Below the pieces are notes generated by a model that was given only the letters and a program-made list of their open reading frames with translations, had not been told where the DNA came from and ran no database searches. From assembly GCA_037135275.1 (NCBI GenBank), contig JBAXKQ010000002.1, positions 1 to 63,884 on the forward strand: DNA of 63,884 nt. The letters are read 5' to 3'. A program made the translations under genes and the position numbers. Shown piece after piece: positions 17,788 to 27,910 of the stretch. Position 1 is the stretch's first letter. Every line of letters starts with the position of its first letter. The stretch is from a bacterium (lineage in GTDB: Bacteria; Verrucomicrobiota; Kiritimatiellia; SPBP01).

Positions 17788-19251
17788 ATGGACCTGAAGA
17801 TAAATCTCCTGCAATTGAAGGAACGCGGCGTTGTCGCGGAGATGAAGCAGGATATTGTGCACATCTCCGGCCTTGCCAACTGCATGAACGGCCAGCTCGT
17901 CCAGATCAGCGATGCGGCCGAGGGTGTTATCGTCGGTTTCGACCAGGAATACGCACTTGTCCTGCTGGTTGAGCAGCACGGCACAGTCAAGCCGGGTGAC
18001 CAGGCGACGTCGCTGATCAAGTCGTTTTCCATCCCGGTCGGCGACGGGTTCATAGGCCGGCGTGTTGACGCGCTGGCCGCCCCGCTGGACGGCCGCGGGC
18101 CGATCAATGCCACCAGGCAATACCCCATATTCGGGAAGGCGCCGTCGGTGCTCGAACGGCGGCAGCTTACCGAGGTCCTGCCCATGGGTGTGAAGATACT
18201 GGACATGATGATACCGATAGGCAAGGGGCAGCGCGAACTGATCATCGGCGACCGAATGACCGGCAAGACCACCGTAGCGACCGATGCCATTCTCATGCAG
18301 AAGCACACCGGCACGATCTGTGTCTACTGCTGCATCGGCAAGGCAGAGGCGTCGCTCGGGAAGGTGATCGAGCTGTTCGATACCAACGACGTCTGGAAAT
18401 ACGGCATAATCGTGGCCGCGACGGCGTCCGATTCCATGGGGAAGCAATACCTCGCGCCCTACGTCGCAACGAGCATTGGTGAGTACTTCATGTACGAAAA
18501 GGGTATGGATGTGCTGGTGGTTTTCGACGACCTGACGAAGCACGCCTGGACCTACCGGCAGATGTCGCTGCTCCTCGAGCGCTCCCCTGGCCGCGACGCC
18601 TACCCCGGGGATATTTTCTATCTCCACTCGCAGCTGGTTGAAAGGGCGGGCAGGTTGAGCATAACGCGGGGCGGTGGCTCCATGACCCACCTGCCGATCA
18701 TTGAGACCCTGCAGGGGGACGTGACGGGCTATATTCCATCTAACACAATTTCGATGACCGACGGGCAGGTCTACATGAACACGACCCTCTTCGGTGAGGG
18801 TTTCAAGCCGGCCATCGACGTCAAGCTGTCCGTATCTCGTATCGGCAGCAAGGTCCAGTGGCGAGCGATGAAGACCCTGGCCGGAATGATGCGGCTGGAA
18901 TACCTGAACTTCCTCCAGCTGCTCAAGCTGACGCGGGTCAAGGCTGGGGTTTCAGCCGAGGTGGAGGGCCGTCTCCGGCGCGGCAAAGTGGTGGCTGAAC
19001 TGCTCAAGCAGCCCAACAACGCGCCGGTACCGATGGAAGAGCAGGTTGTAACCCTCTACGCTTTCAGGGAAGGCTTTTTCGACGATGTCCAGCCGGAGAA
19101 TGTCCAGGCGCGGCTTGAGACCCTGTTGTCGAGCATGAGGCGCGGCAGGCCGGAGTTGATGGCCGAGCTGGTCAGGCAAAAGGATCTTACCGAGGAAATC
19201 AAGGAGGGGCTCAAGCATGAGTTCGCTCGGCTCCGGAATTCCGCTGTTTAA
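17788..19251 (+). CDS. atpA: F-type ATPase alpha subunit paralogue 1 (487 aa, divergent)
   Basis: GDRMTGKTTVATDAILMQK, DDLTKHAWTYRQMSLLLERSPGRDAYPGDIFYLHSQLVERAGR and LSVSRIG (Arg finger retained, CGT 18838-18840). ATG at 17788 follows the upstream TGA (17783-17785). Confidence 0.85.
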   Translation: MDLKINLLQLKERGVVAEMKQDIVHISGLANCMNGQLVQISDAAEGVIVGFDQEYALVLLVEQHGTVKPGDQATSLIKSFSIPVGDGFIGRRVDALAAPLDGRGPINATRQYPIFGKAPSVLERRQLTEVLPMGVKILDMMIPIGKGQRELIIGDRMTGKTTVATDAILMQKHTGTICVYCCIGKAEASLGKVIELFDTNDVWKYGIIVAATASDSMGKQYLAPYVATSIGEYFMYEKGMDVLVVFDDLTKHAWTYRQMSLLLERSPGRDAYPGDIFYLHSQLVERAGRLSITRGGGSMTHLPIIETLQGDVTGYIPSNTISMTDGQVYMNTTLFGEGFKPAIDVKLSVSRIGSKVQWRAMKTLAGMMRLEYLNFLQLLKLTRVKAGVSAEVEGRLRRGKVVAELLKQPNNAPVPMEEQVVTLYAFREGFFDDVQPENVQARLETLLSSMRRGRPELMAELVRQKDLTEEIKEGLKHEFARLRNSAV

Positions 19252-19252
19252 A

Positions 19253-20716
19253 ATGAAGCTGGCCGAGATCGGCCATGTTCGGGACGTGAAGAAGATCATC
19301 GCCCGCGTCACCGGCCTGCCGTCGTGCCTCAACGGCCAGCTGGTTGATTTTGGCGAGGGGGTGCGCGGCATCGTCATGGGCTTTGACCGCGAGGACGTCC
19401 TCGTCCTGGTCCTGGGCGACGAGACCAAGCTCCGCATGGGCAAGCCCGTCACAGGGATCAGCGAGCCGTTCACGATCCCGGTCGGTGAGAAATGCATCGG
19501 CCGCATGATCAACGCCCTGGGCGAGGCCGTGGACGGCAAGCAGTTGATCGTGCCTGATATGCGCCGCGCGGTCATGCGCGATTCACCCTCGATCACCGAC
19601 CGTGGCCCCGTGAATGAACCGCTCCTGACAGGCACCAAGGTGGTGGATATCTTCATCCCGGTTGGCAAGGGGCAGCGCCAGTTGATCGTCGGCGACCGCA
19701 TGACCGGCAAGACTGTCATCGGGGTCGACGCGATCGTCAACCAGAAGGGCAAGGATGTTATCTGCATCTACTGCTGCATCGGGAAGGCGATGTCGTCGCT
19801 CGAGAAAGCGGTCAGCGTCCTCCACGACTCCGGCGCGCTCGAGTACACGATTGTCATGCTCGCCCTCGACAACGCGCCGGCCGGGGAGCAGTACCTGCTC
19901 CCCTCGGCGGCCGCGACAATGGGCGACTACTTTGCCGAGAGCGGGCGCGATGTGCTGGTTGTCCTTGATGACATGACCAAGCACGCGTGGGCCTACAGGC
20001 AGCTCTCCCTGCTGCTCGAGCGGCCGCCGGGTCGCGAGGCTTATCCTGGCGACATCTTCTACGAGCACACGAAGATCATGGAACGGGCGGGCCGCTACTG
20101 CGAGAAGAAGGGCGGCGGGTCGATGACGTTCCTGGGCATTGCCGAGACGCTGGAAGGCGACCTGACCGGCTACATCCCGTCGAACCTCATATCCATGTGC
20201 GACGGGCTGGTGTTCCTGAGCAATCCGCTGTTCGGCAGCGGAATCCGGCCGGCGGTGGACTTCACGCTGTCGGTGTCGATCGTGGGAGGCAGAACCCAGC
20301 CACCCGTGCTGAGGGCGGTAAGCGCCGACCTGCGGGTCCAGTACGCCCATTATCTCGAGGTGTCAAAACTGAGCAAGCTCCAGGCCAGCGTGTCGGCCGA
20401 GGCTGAACGCGTGATACGGCGCGGTGAGGCGATAGCCTCGATCGTCCAGCAGGGGCAGTTTGCGCCGGTGTCCCTCGCGGAGGAAGTTGTTTTGGCGTTC
20501 GCCACGCACCGCGGCAGGCTGGACAGGCTGTCGGTCGAACAGCGGAAAGCCTTCTGCAAAGATGTGTTTGGTTTTACCCGCAGGAAGAAGCCGGATATCC
20601 TGGACCTCATCACCGAGGAGGCCGAATTGACTGTGGAGCTCGAGAAGAAGCTCAACGAGCTCCTGGACGAGTACTTTGCCCAGGACGACGGCGGCGGGCA
20701 GCAGGCGCAGCAGTGA
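19253..20716 (+). CDS. atpA: F-type ATPase alpha subunit paralogue 2 (487 aa, Arg-finger position substituted)
   Basis: GDRMTGKTVIGVDAIVNQK and DDMTKHAWAYRQLSLLLERPPGREAYPGDIFYEHTKIMERAGR. LSVSIVGG replaces SVSRVG (ATC 20279-20281). ATG 19253 is 1 nt after the alpha1 TAA. Confidence 0.85.
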   Translation: MKLAEIGHVRDVKKIIARVTGLPSCLNGQLVDFGEGVRGIVMGFDREDVLVLVLGDETKLRMGKPVTGISEPFTIPVGEKCIGRMINALGEAVDGKQLIVPDMRRAVMRDSPSITDRGPVNEPLLTGTKVVDIFIPVGKGQRQLIVGDRMTGKTVIGVDAIVNQKGKDVICIYCCIGKAMSSLEKAVSVLHDSGALEYTIVMLALDNAPAGEQYLLPSAAATMGDYFAESGRDVLVVLDDMTKHAWAYRQLSLLLERPPGREAYPGDIFYEHTKIMERAGRYCEKKGGGSMTFLGIAETLEGDLTGYIPSNLISMCDGLVFLSNPLFGSGIRPAVDFTLSVSIVGGRTQPPVLRAVSADLRVQYAHYLEVSKLSKLQASVSAEAERVIRRGEAIASIVQQGQFAPVSLAEEVVLAFATHRGRLDRLSVEQRKAFCKDVFGFTRRKKPDILDLITEEAELTVELEKKLNELLDEYFAQDDGGGQQAQQ

Positions 20717-20741
20717 CGGGGCGACGGGGGAATGGTTTCAC

Positions 20742-20972
20742 ATGTTTCACGTGACGATTCTCAACCCGAAGCACGTGGTTTTTGAAGGTGATGCGGAGAG
20801 CGTGTTCCTGCCGGGTGACAAGGGTGAGTTCGAGATTCTGACGTTTCACGCCCCGATACTGAGCCTGTTGAAGCCGGGCAAAGTTGTGGTAGACTGGAAA
20901 ACGACCATACCGATAAAGAACGGAATGGTTAAGTTCGATCACAAGGGTTGTGTGGTGCTGGTGCAGGAATGA
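20742..20972 (+). CDS. atpC: F-type ATPase epsilon subunit, beta-sandwich domain only (76 aa)
   Basis: MFHVTILNPKHVVFEGDAESVFLPGDKGEFEILTFHAPILSLLKPGKVVV resembles the epsilon N-terminal domain. The ORF ends before any C-terminal helical hairpin. The stop overlaps the next start (ATGA 20969-20972). Confidence 0.7.
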   Translation: MFHVTILNPKHVVFEGDAESVFLPGDKGEFEILTFHAPILSLLKPGKVVVDWKTTIPIKNGMVKFDHKGCVVLVQE

Positions 20973-21193
20973 ACATATTCAGAAATATCGTGGTCTTTCT
21001 CGTGCTGCTGGTGACGATTCTCGGGCCTTCAGCGGTTATTGCCGCCATCGGCCACGCGAGCATAAGGGCCCTCGGACGGAACCCGTCCGCGGCCCCGAAG
21101 ATCATGCAGGCAATGATCGTTGCGCTGATTTTCTCGGAGTCGATCGCGGTGATCGCGCTCCTGATACTGTTTCAGCTGTTCGCCGGCAAGTAG
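20969..21193 (+). CDS. atpE: F-type ATPase c subunit (74 aa hairpin)
   Basis: Two hydrophobic helices joined by a polar loop GRNPSAAP (cf. ARQPE). Helix 2 is IVALIFSESIAVIALLILF, with the conserved carboxylate at Glu57 (GAG 21137-21139). Confidence 0.75.
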   Translation: MNIFRNIVVFLVLLVTILGPSAVIAAIGHASIRALGRNPSAAPKIMQAMIVALIFSESIAVIALLILFQLFAGK

Positions 21194-21227
21194 TCCGGTC
21201 TCCTGTTGAAATTATGAAAGGGCAAAC

Positions 21228-21983
21228 ATGGACATGGGTATCCTGAAGGAAATGGCCGGTTCTCTGGCGATCATCCTGGTCGCGCAGTTCGTCGTATTCG
21301 CTGTGATCGTCATCGTTCTCCGGAAGCTGCTGCTCAGCGACACGATGAGCGCGATCAGCCGGATGAAGACGGTGGAATCCGAGCTGGCGAAGAAGGAGGA
21401 CGTGATCAGGCAGCGGATGGACGCCCACGAGCAGGAGTTCCTGAAAAAGCAGGCTGCCGCCCAGGAGGAGATTGATCGGCGCCGCGCGGCCGACGAACAG
21501 GATCTCGGCCGGCTGAAGGACAGGATCAAGGCGGAGGCCAAGACCGAGGCGGACAAGATCCTGGGCGACGCGCAGCTGGCCAAGGAGCGCATCCGCGAGC
21601 AGCTGGTCCGCGAGATGGCCGGCAAGGCCGTTGAGTACGCCGGCGACCTCTTCAAGATGGTCGTCAGCAAGAATGTGGGCGAGAAGCTCAATATGGCGTT
21701 TGTCGAAGAGCTGATAGGCGCCCTGTCGGAGGTGGACGAGACGAGCATCCACGTCGAGGCAAACGAGTCCGAGTTCATTGCCAGCCACAAGCTGGACCCG
21801 GCCCAGAAGGGCCGGCTCGAGGCGCTGCTGGCCCAGAAGTTCGGCGTGACGATCAACATCAACGAGAAGATCGACGAGACCCTGCTGGCGGGCCTGGTCA
21901 TCAAGCTGGGCAGCCTGGAAATTGACGGAAGCCTCCTGAATCGCTACAAGGAAGGCGTGAGCGAGATCAAGAAGCAGGTCTAG
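21228..21983 (+). CDS. F-type ATPase b subunit fused to a delta (OSCP)-like C-terminal domain
   Basis: N-terminal TM (LAIILVAQFVVFAVIVIVL), a long charged helix (EQEFLKKQAAAQEEIDRRRAADEQDLGRLKDRIKAEAKTEADKIL), and a C-terminal LLAGLVIKLGSLEIDGSLLNRYKE typical of delta C-termini. Confidence 0.65.
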   Translation: MDMGILKEMAGSLAIILVAQFVVFAVIVIVLRKLLLSDTMSAISRMKTVESELAKKEDVIRQRMDAHEQEFLKKQAAAQEEIDRRRAADEQDLGRLKDRIKAEAKTEADKILGDAQLAKERIREQLVREMAGKAVEYAGDLFKMVVSKNVGEKLNMAFVEELIGALSEVDETSIHVEANESEFIASHKLDPAQKGRLEALLAQKFGVTININEKIDETLLAGLVIKLGSLEIDGSLLNRYKEGVSEIKKQV

Positions 21984-22028
21984 CGTTGCAGTGGCGGGGC
22001 CCCTCAGGGGCGGACGGGGGAGATTGAC

Positions 22029-22949
22029 GTGCAGCTGAGCGAGCTAAAGAAGGAGATGAAGTTCAACAAGGAACTGCTGTCCCTTGCCGGCACGCTCAAG
22101 AATGTCGCCAGCTCCAAGTATCACATGCTGGAGCGCGAAAAGGAGCGGTTCGGGCAGTTCATGGAGGCCTTCACGGACTTCTTCAAGGTCGTCAACCTCG
22201 CCGATACGCATCATCCCCTCGTTCGCAGCGCCAACGACACTCTGGGCATCATCGCGGTCACATCCGACTCGGGCTTCATGGGCGGCCTCAACGCGGGAAT
22301 AATCGAGACGGTTCACAAGTTGCAGGGCGAAAGGCCCGACGACAAGACTGAGCTGATCGTTATCGGCGAGAAGGGCGCGGCAAAGCTCTCGGATGCCGGC
22401 CGCAAATTCAAGTTCTTCAATGGCATCGAGAACGAGACCCGGTACGAACAGGCCCTCGAAGTGACCGACTACGCCGTAAGGGAGGTCGAGGAAGGCCGGA
22501 TCGGCGTCCTTGTGCTTGTCTATCCCAACTCGCTCTCGTTCACGCGCCAGGTGATAGAGACAATCACCGTCCTGCCGTGCGCCGAACTGTTCGACAAGAA
22601 CATACCGGATCCCGGGGCGGAAAAGATCGAGGGCCACGGGGTCCTGGCGTCGTCGAGAAGAGTGGTCATCGAGTCGGCGTTTGAGGACATGGTCGAGTAC
22701 CTGGCGCGGACGTGGGTGGCGTCGAAGCTTTATGAGGTGTTCGAGGACAGCAAGCTGTCGGAGTTCGGAGCAAGGGCGATGCACCTGGAAGGCAGTGAGC
22801 AGAAGATGGAGAAGGAGTTGAAAAAGCTCCAGTACCGTGTCTTCAGGGCGTCGCACGAGAAGATCGACAAGGGTATGCGCGAGAGCTTCTCGGCCGGCAA
22901 TATCAGGAAGAAGAAGAGGAAGGCTGAAGCCAGGGCGGCCGCCGCCTGA
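22029..22949 (+). CDS. atpG: F-type ATPase gamma subunit (306 aa)
   Basis: LGIIAVTSDSGFMGGLNAGI (cf. STDRGLCGGLN), EEGRIGVLVLVYPNSLSF, and C-terminal helix SEFGARAMHLEGSEQKMEKELKKLQYRVFRASHEKIDKGMRE. GTG start. Confidence 0.75.
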   Translation: MQLSELKKEMKFNKELLSLAGTLKNVASSKYHMLEREKERFGQFMEAFTDFFKVVNLADTHHPLVRSANDTLGIIAVTSDSGFMGGLNAGIIETVHKLQGERPDDKTELIVIGEKGAAKLSDAGRKFKFFNGIENETRYEQALEVTDYAVREVEEGRIGVLVLVYPNSLSFTRQVIETITVLPCAELFDKNIPDPGAEKIEGHGVLASSRRVVIESAFEDMVEYLARTWVASKLYEVFEDSKLSEFGARAMHLEGSEQKMEKELKKLQYRVFRASHEKIDKGMRESFSAGNIRKKKRKAEARAAAA

Positions 22950-22993
22950 GGCGGCGGTGTCCGCGGGTCAGTCACAACAAGGAGACTCTAGAA

Positions 22994-24388
22994 ATGACCG
23001 AGGCATCCCAGTTTCAGGCGAAGCCGCCGAGGAAGGGCAAGGTTATCGGTGTGCAGGGGCCCGTCGTTGACGTGCTGTTTGCCACGGTGGAGGACATGCC
23101 GGACCTCAACGAGGTCGTGCACGCCCGGACTTTCGACAAGAAGGACGTCAAGCTGCTGGCGGCCGAACACCTGGAGGGCAACATCGCCAGGTGCATAGCG
23201 CTGTCCTCGACCCAGAACCTGCAGCGCAATTCCGTCGCAACGGCGGAGGGACAGGCGCTCACGATACCAGTGGGCAAGGAGTTGTTCGGCCGCATCATCA
23301 ACTGTATGGGTGATCCCATCGACGGCCTCGGCCCGATCGTCACGTCACAGAGGTCATCCATCCACAGGGACGTCAGCAGCGTGCGCGTCGACGTCGACAA
23401 GGCCGGTTCCAAGCTTGAGCTGTTCGAGACTGGCATCAAGATCATCGACCTGCTGTTCCCCGTCATGAAGGGGACGAAGACCGGCATGCTCGGCGGCGCG
23501 GCCTGCGGCAAGACGGTCATCATCCTCGAGCTCATCAACAACGTCGTGTCGAAGCACAGCGGGGCCTGCGTCTTCGGCGGCATCGGCGAGCGCATCAGGG
23601 AAGGCAACGAACTCTTCAACGACTTCCAGGACCACGGCGTTCTCGGCAAAATCATGATGGCGTTCGGCCAGATGGATGAGCCGCCCGGAGCCCGCTTCAA
23701 CGTGATCCTGACGGCCATTACACTCGCAGAATGGCTGCAGTCCCAGAAGACGGAAGTGCTGCTGTTCCTGGACAACGTATACCGCTTTGTCCAGGCGGGC
23801 GCGGAGATCTCCACGCTGCTTGGCAGGGTGCCGTCCGAAACCGGCTACCAGCCTACGCTCAGCTCGGAGGTCGGCGACGTGCACGAGAGAATCAAGGGCT
23901 CGGTCTCGGCGTTCGAGGCGGTCTATGTGCCGGCGGACGACCTGACCGACCCGGCTGTCGTGACCATCTTCAGCTACCTGGATTCGGTGCTGGTGCTTTC
24001 ACGCGACATGGTCCAGCTCGGGTTGTACCCGGCTATCGACCCACTCGCATCCTCCTGCAGCAACATGAACGCGGCAATCGTCGGTCAGCGCCACTTCGGC
24101 GTCGCCCAGGAGGTGATCAGGATCCTGACAAAGTACGACGAGCTGAGGCGTATCGTGGCGGTTATCGGGCTGGACGAGCTCTCGAAGGCCGATCGCATCC
24201 TCTACGAACGGGCGAAGAAGCTCCAGAATTTCCTTACGCAGCCGTTCTGCGTCGCGGAGGCCTACACTGGCAAGAAGGGGGTCTATGTGACGGTCGAGGA
24301 GTCCATCGCAGGGGCCGAGTCCATCATCGACGGGCGAATGGACAGCAGGCCCGACGAGTCCTTCTACATGATCGGCAAGATCGAGTAA
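22994..24388 (+). CDS. atpD: F-type ATPase beta subunit (464 aa, divergent P-loop)
   Basis: GGAACGKTVIILELINN, GIGERIREGNELF, QMDEPPGARF, LLFLDNVYRFVQAGAEISTLLGRVPSETGYQPTL and DELSKAD. Confidence 0.9.
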   Translation: MTEASQFQAKPPRKGKVIGVQGPVVDVLFATVEDMPDLNEVVHARTFDKKDVKLLAAEHLEGNIARCIALSSTQNLQRNSVATAEGQALTIPVGKELFGRIINCMGDPIDGLGPIVTSQRSSIHRDVSSVRVDVDKAGSKLELFETGIKIIDLLFPVMKGTKTGMLGGAACGKTVIILELINNVVSKHSGACVFGGIGERIREGNELFNDFQDHGVLGKIMMAFGQMDEPPGARFNVILTAITLAEWLQSQKTEVLLFLDNVYRFVQAGAEISTLLGRVPSETGYQPTLSSEVGDVHERIKGSVSAFEAVYVPADDLTDPAVVTIFSYLDSVLVLSRDMVQLGLYPAIDPLASSCSNMNAAIVGQRHFGVAQEVIRILTKYDELRRIVAVIGLDELSKADRILYERAKKLQNFLTQPFCVAEAYTGKKGVYVTVEESIAGAESIIDGRMDSRPDESFYMIGKIE

Positions 24389-24398
24389 CGCTGGCATT

Positions 24399-26036
<1,638 letters not shown>

Positions 26037-26146
26037 TGCCGCCTCACCGCGGGCAGGATGCCCCCCCCGAGACCAGGGAGGGCGCTCCGCCGCCGAACGC
26101 GCCGCCGGATGTTTGCGTCTGACAGGGAAGCACCACGGGATACACA

Positions 26147-27364
26147 ATGCCGCGTTTCACCTACAAGGCCAGGAATGCCGAGCTCAAGACCATCGAGGGC
26201 GAACTCGTTGCCGGGAACGAGGCGGAGGCCCTGGCCCGGCTCGATGCCATGGGCTATTGCCCTGTGTGGGTGAGGGAGATGGCGCAAGAGCCGGAGGATG
26301 CGATTCCGCGTGCGCGCCGGCGTGAGAGAATCCCGCACCGTGAAGTCACGGTTTTCACCCGCCAGATGGTCGGGCTCACGAAGTCGGGCGTGCCAATTCT
26401 CAAGGCATTGCGTACGGTCAGGGAACAGAGCGCCAACCCGAGGTTCTGCGCCGTCCTCGCCCACCTGGAGGAAACGGTCAGGGATGGGAGGATGCTGTCC
26501 GAGGCGCTCGCGCAGCATCCGCACGTGTTTTCACAGCTGTACGTCAACATGGTGCGGGCGGGCGAATCGGCCGGAATCCTTGATGTCATCCTCCTGCGGC
26601 TCGCGGAAGCGAGGGAGCGGGAGGACGCCATCAGGCGGAAGCTGCAGGCGGCTTCGGTCTATCCGCTGCTGGTGCTGGCCGTGGGCGTGGTCACAGTCTT
26701 TGTGGTCATTACATTCTTCATGCCGAAGATAGCCGGGATGTTCAGGAATGTTGACGACCTGCCGCTGCCGACGGCGCTGCTGATCGGCCTCAGCGAGGGC
26801 ATCCGGCACTACTGGCCCTGGGTGCTGGTGCCGGCGGTGCTGCTGGCTGCGATACTCAGGCGCATAGGCTCCGGGGCAAAAGGCAGGGCGATCCTGGACA
26901 ACGCCAGGCTGCGGCTGCCTCTCATCGGGGCTTTCACGCTGCAGGCGGAAATGGCCCGTTTCTCGCGGACCATGTCCCTCCTCATCAGCGCCGGCATACC
27001 GGTCGAGAAGGGTCTTGCCTTGAGCGCCGACACCATGACCAATAGCGTACTCAGGAACGAGATGGATGAGGTGCGGCGAACAACGGTGCAGCAGGGCAGG
27101 TCAATCGCCTCGGGCCTGAAGAACTCGAGGCACGTTCCGGCTTACCTGCAGAGCATGGCGGCTGTCGGCGAGGAGGGCGGAAGGCTGGATGAGGCGTTTG
27201 CCGACGTTGCCTTCTACTACGAGAACGAGCTCGAGCGGCAGATCGGCATGATGACGTCGCTGGTGGAGCCCATCCTGATCCTGGTCGTCGGGGCCGTGGT
27301 GGGGTTTATCGTTTTCGCGATGATGCTGCCGATATTCGAAATGACGAAGTCGATGGCCAGGTGA
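26147..27364 (+). CDS. gspF: Type II secretion / T4P platform protein (GspF/PilC family)
   Basis: 405 aa. MPRFTYKARNAELKTIEGEL... start, duplicated T2SSF-type halves and three hydrophobic segments. Confidence 0.9.
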   Translation: MPRFTYKARNAELKTIEGELVAGNEAEALARLDAMGYCPVWVREMAQEPEDAIPRARRRERIPHREVTVFTRQMVGLTKSGVPILKALRTVREQSANPRFCAVLAHLEETVRDGRMLSEALAQHPHVFSQLYVNMVRAGESAGILDVILLRLAEAREREDAIRRKLQAASVYPLLVLAVGVVTVFVVITFFMPKIAGMFRNVDDLPLPTALLIGLSEGIRHYWPWVLVPAVLLAAILRRIGSGAKGRAILDNARLRLPLIGAFTLQAEMARFSRTMSLLISAGIPVEKGLALSADTMTNSVLRNEMDEVRRTTVQQGRSIASGLKNSRHVPAYLQSMAAVGEEGGRLDEAFADVAFYYENELERQIGMMTSLVEPILILVVGAVVGFIVFAMMLPIFEMTKSMAR

Positions 27365-27490
27365 CGGCTGGTCCGGCAATCTCCAGTACGCGTATTTCAA
27401 TTCCCACAGTTTAAGGGTGTACGCTGGGATCGCTGTGCTGTATATTCGTGACGTATTGAGGCCGGTATTGTATCCATGGAGGTGTGCACC

Positions 27491-27910
27491 ATGCGCACGC
27501 GCAACCCGCGATCGGCATTCACGCTGATCGAGATCATGATAGTTGTCATCATTCTCGCAGCCCTCGCGGCCATGGTGGTGCCTTACCTGGGCGATGTGCC
27601 CGACACGGCCAAGAGCAGGATTGCGAAGGTGGAGATCAAGTCCATCGGCACGGCCCTTCAGCTCTACAAGCTCGAAACAGGCGGGTTTCCGAAGGACCTT
27701 GCGGCGTTGCAGTCCGTTCCACAGGGGGTTGCCGGGAGGACGACAAAGTACCTCATGAACGACCCCATTGACCCGTGGGGCGCCCAGTACAAGTACAAGT
27801 ATCCAGGGACGCGACAGAATACACCCGGTTATGACCTGTACTCGACCGGCCCCAATAAGTTTGACGACAATGGCGCCACCGATGACATCACCAACTGGAA
27901 ACAGGACTAG
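27491..27910 (+). CDS. gspG: Major pseudopilin (GspG-like)
   Basis: MRTRNPRSA|FTLIEIMIVVIILAALAAMVVP prepilin N-terminus, plus KVEIKSIGTALQLYKLETGGFP and DPWG...Y.Y typical of GspG. GGAGGTG lies 6 nt upstream of ATG 27491 (the listed ORF starts at 27476). Confidence 0.85.
   Translation: MRTRNPRSAFTLIEIMIVVIILAALAAMVVPYLGDVPDTAKSRIAKVEIKSIGTALQLYKLETGGFPKDLAALQSVPQGVAGRTTKYLMNDPIDPWGAQYKYKYPGTRQNTPGYDLYSTGPNKFDDNGATDDITNWKQD

Noticed and set aside
17542-20350. Minus-strand ORFs 17542-18690, 18952-19767 and 19583-20350
   Set aside because: They are antisense to the two alpha-subunit genes and have no recognisable motifs.
17788-24388. Classification as N-ATPase, V/A-type ATPase or flagellar/T3SS FliI-FliH-FliJ set
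   Set aside because: The gene order and the absence of atpQ/atpR/atpB exclude a standard N-ATPase. The subunits align with F-type alpha, beta, gamma, epsilon and c, not V-type A/B/D. A bona fide c subunit and true alpha subunits exclude a T3SS export ATPase set.
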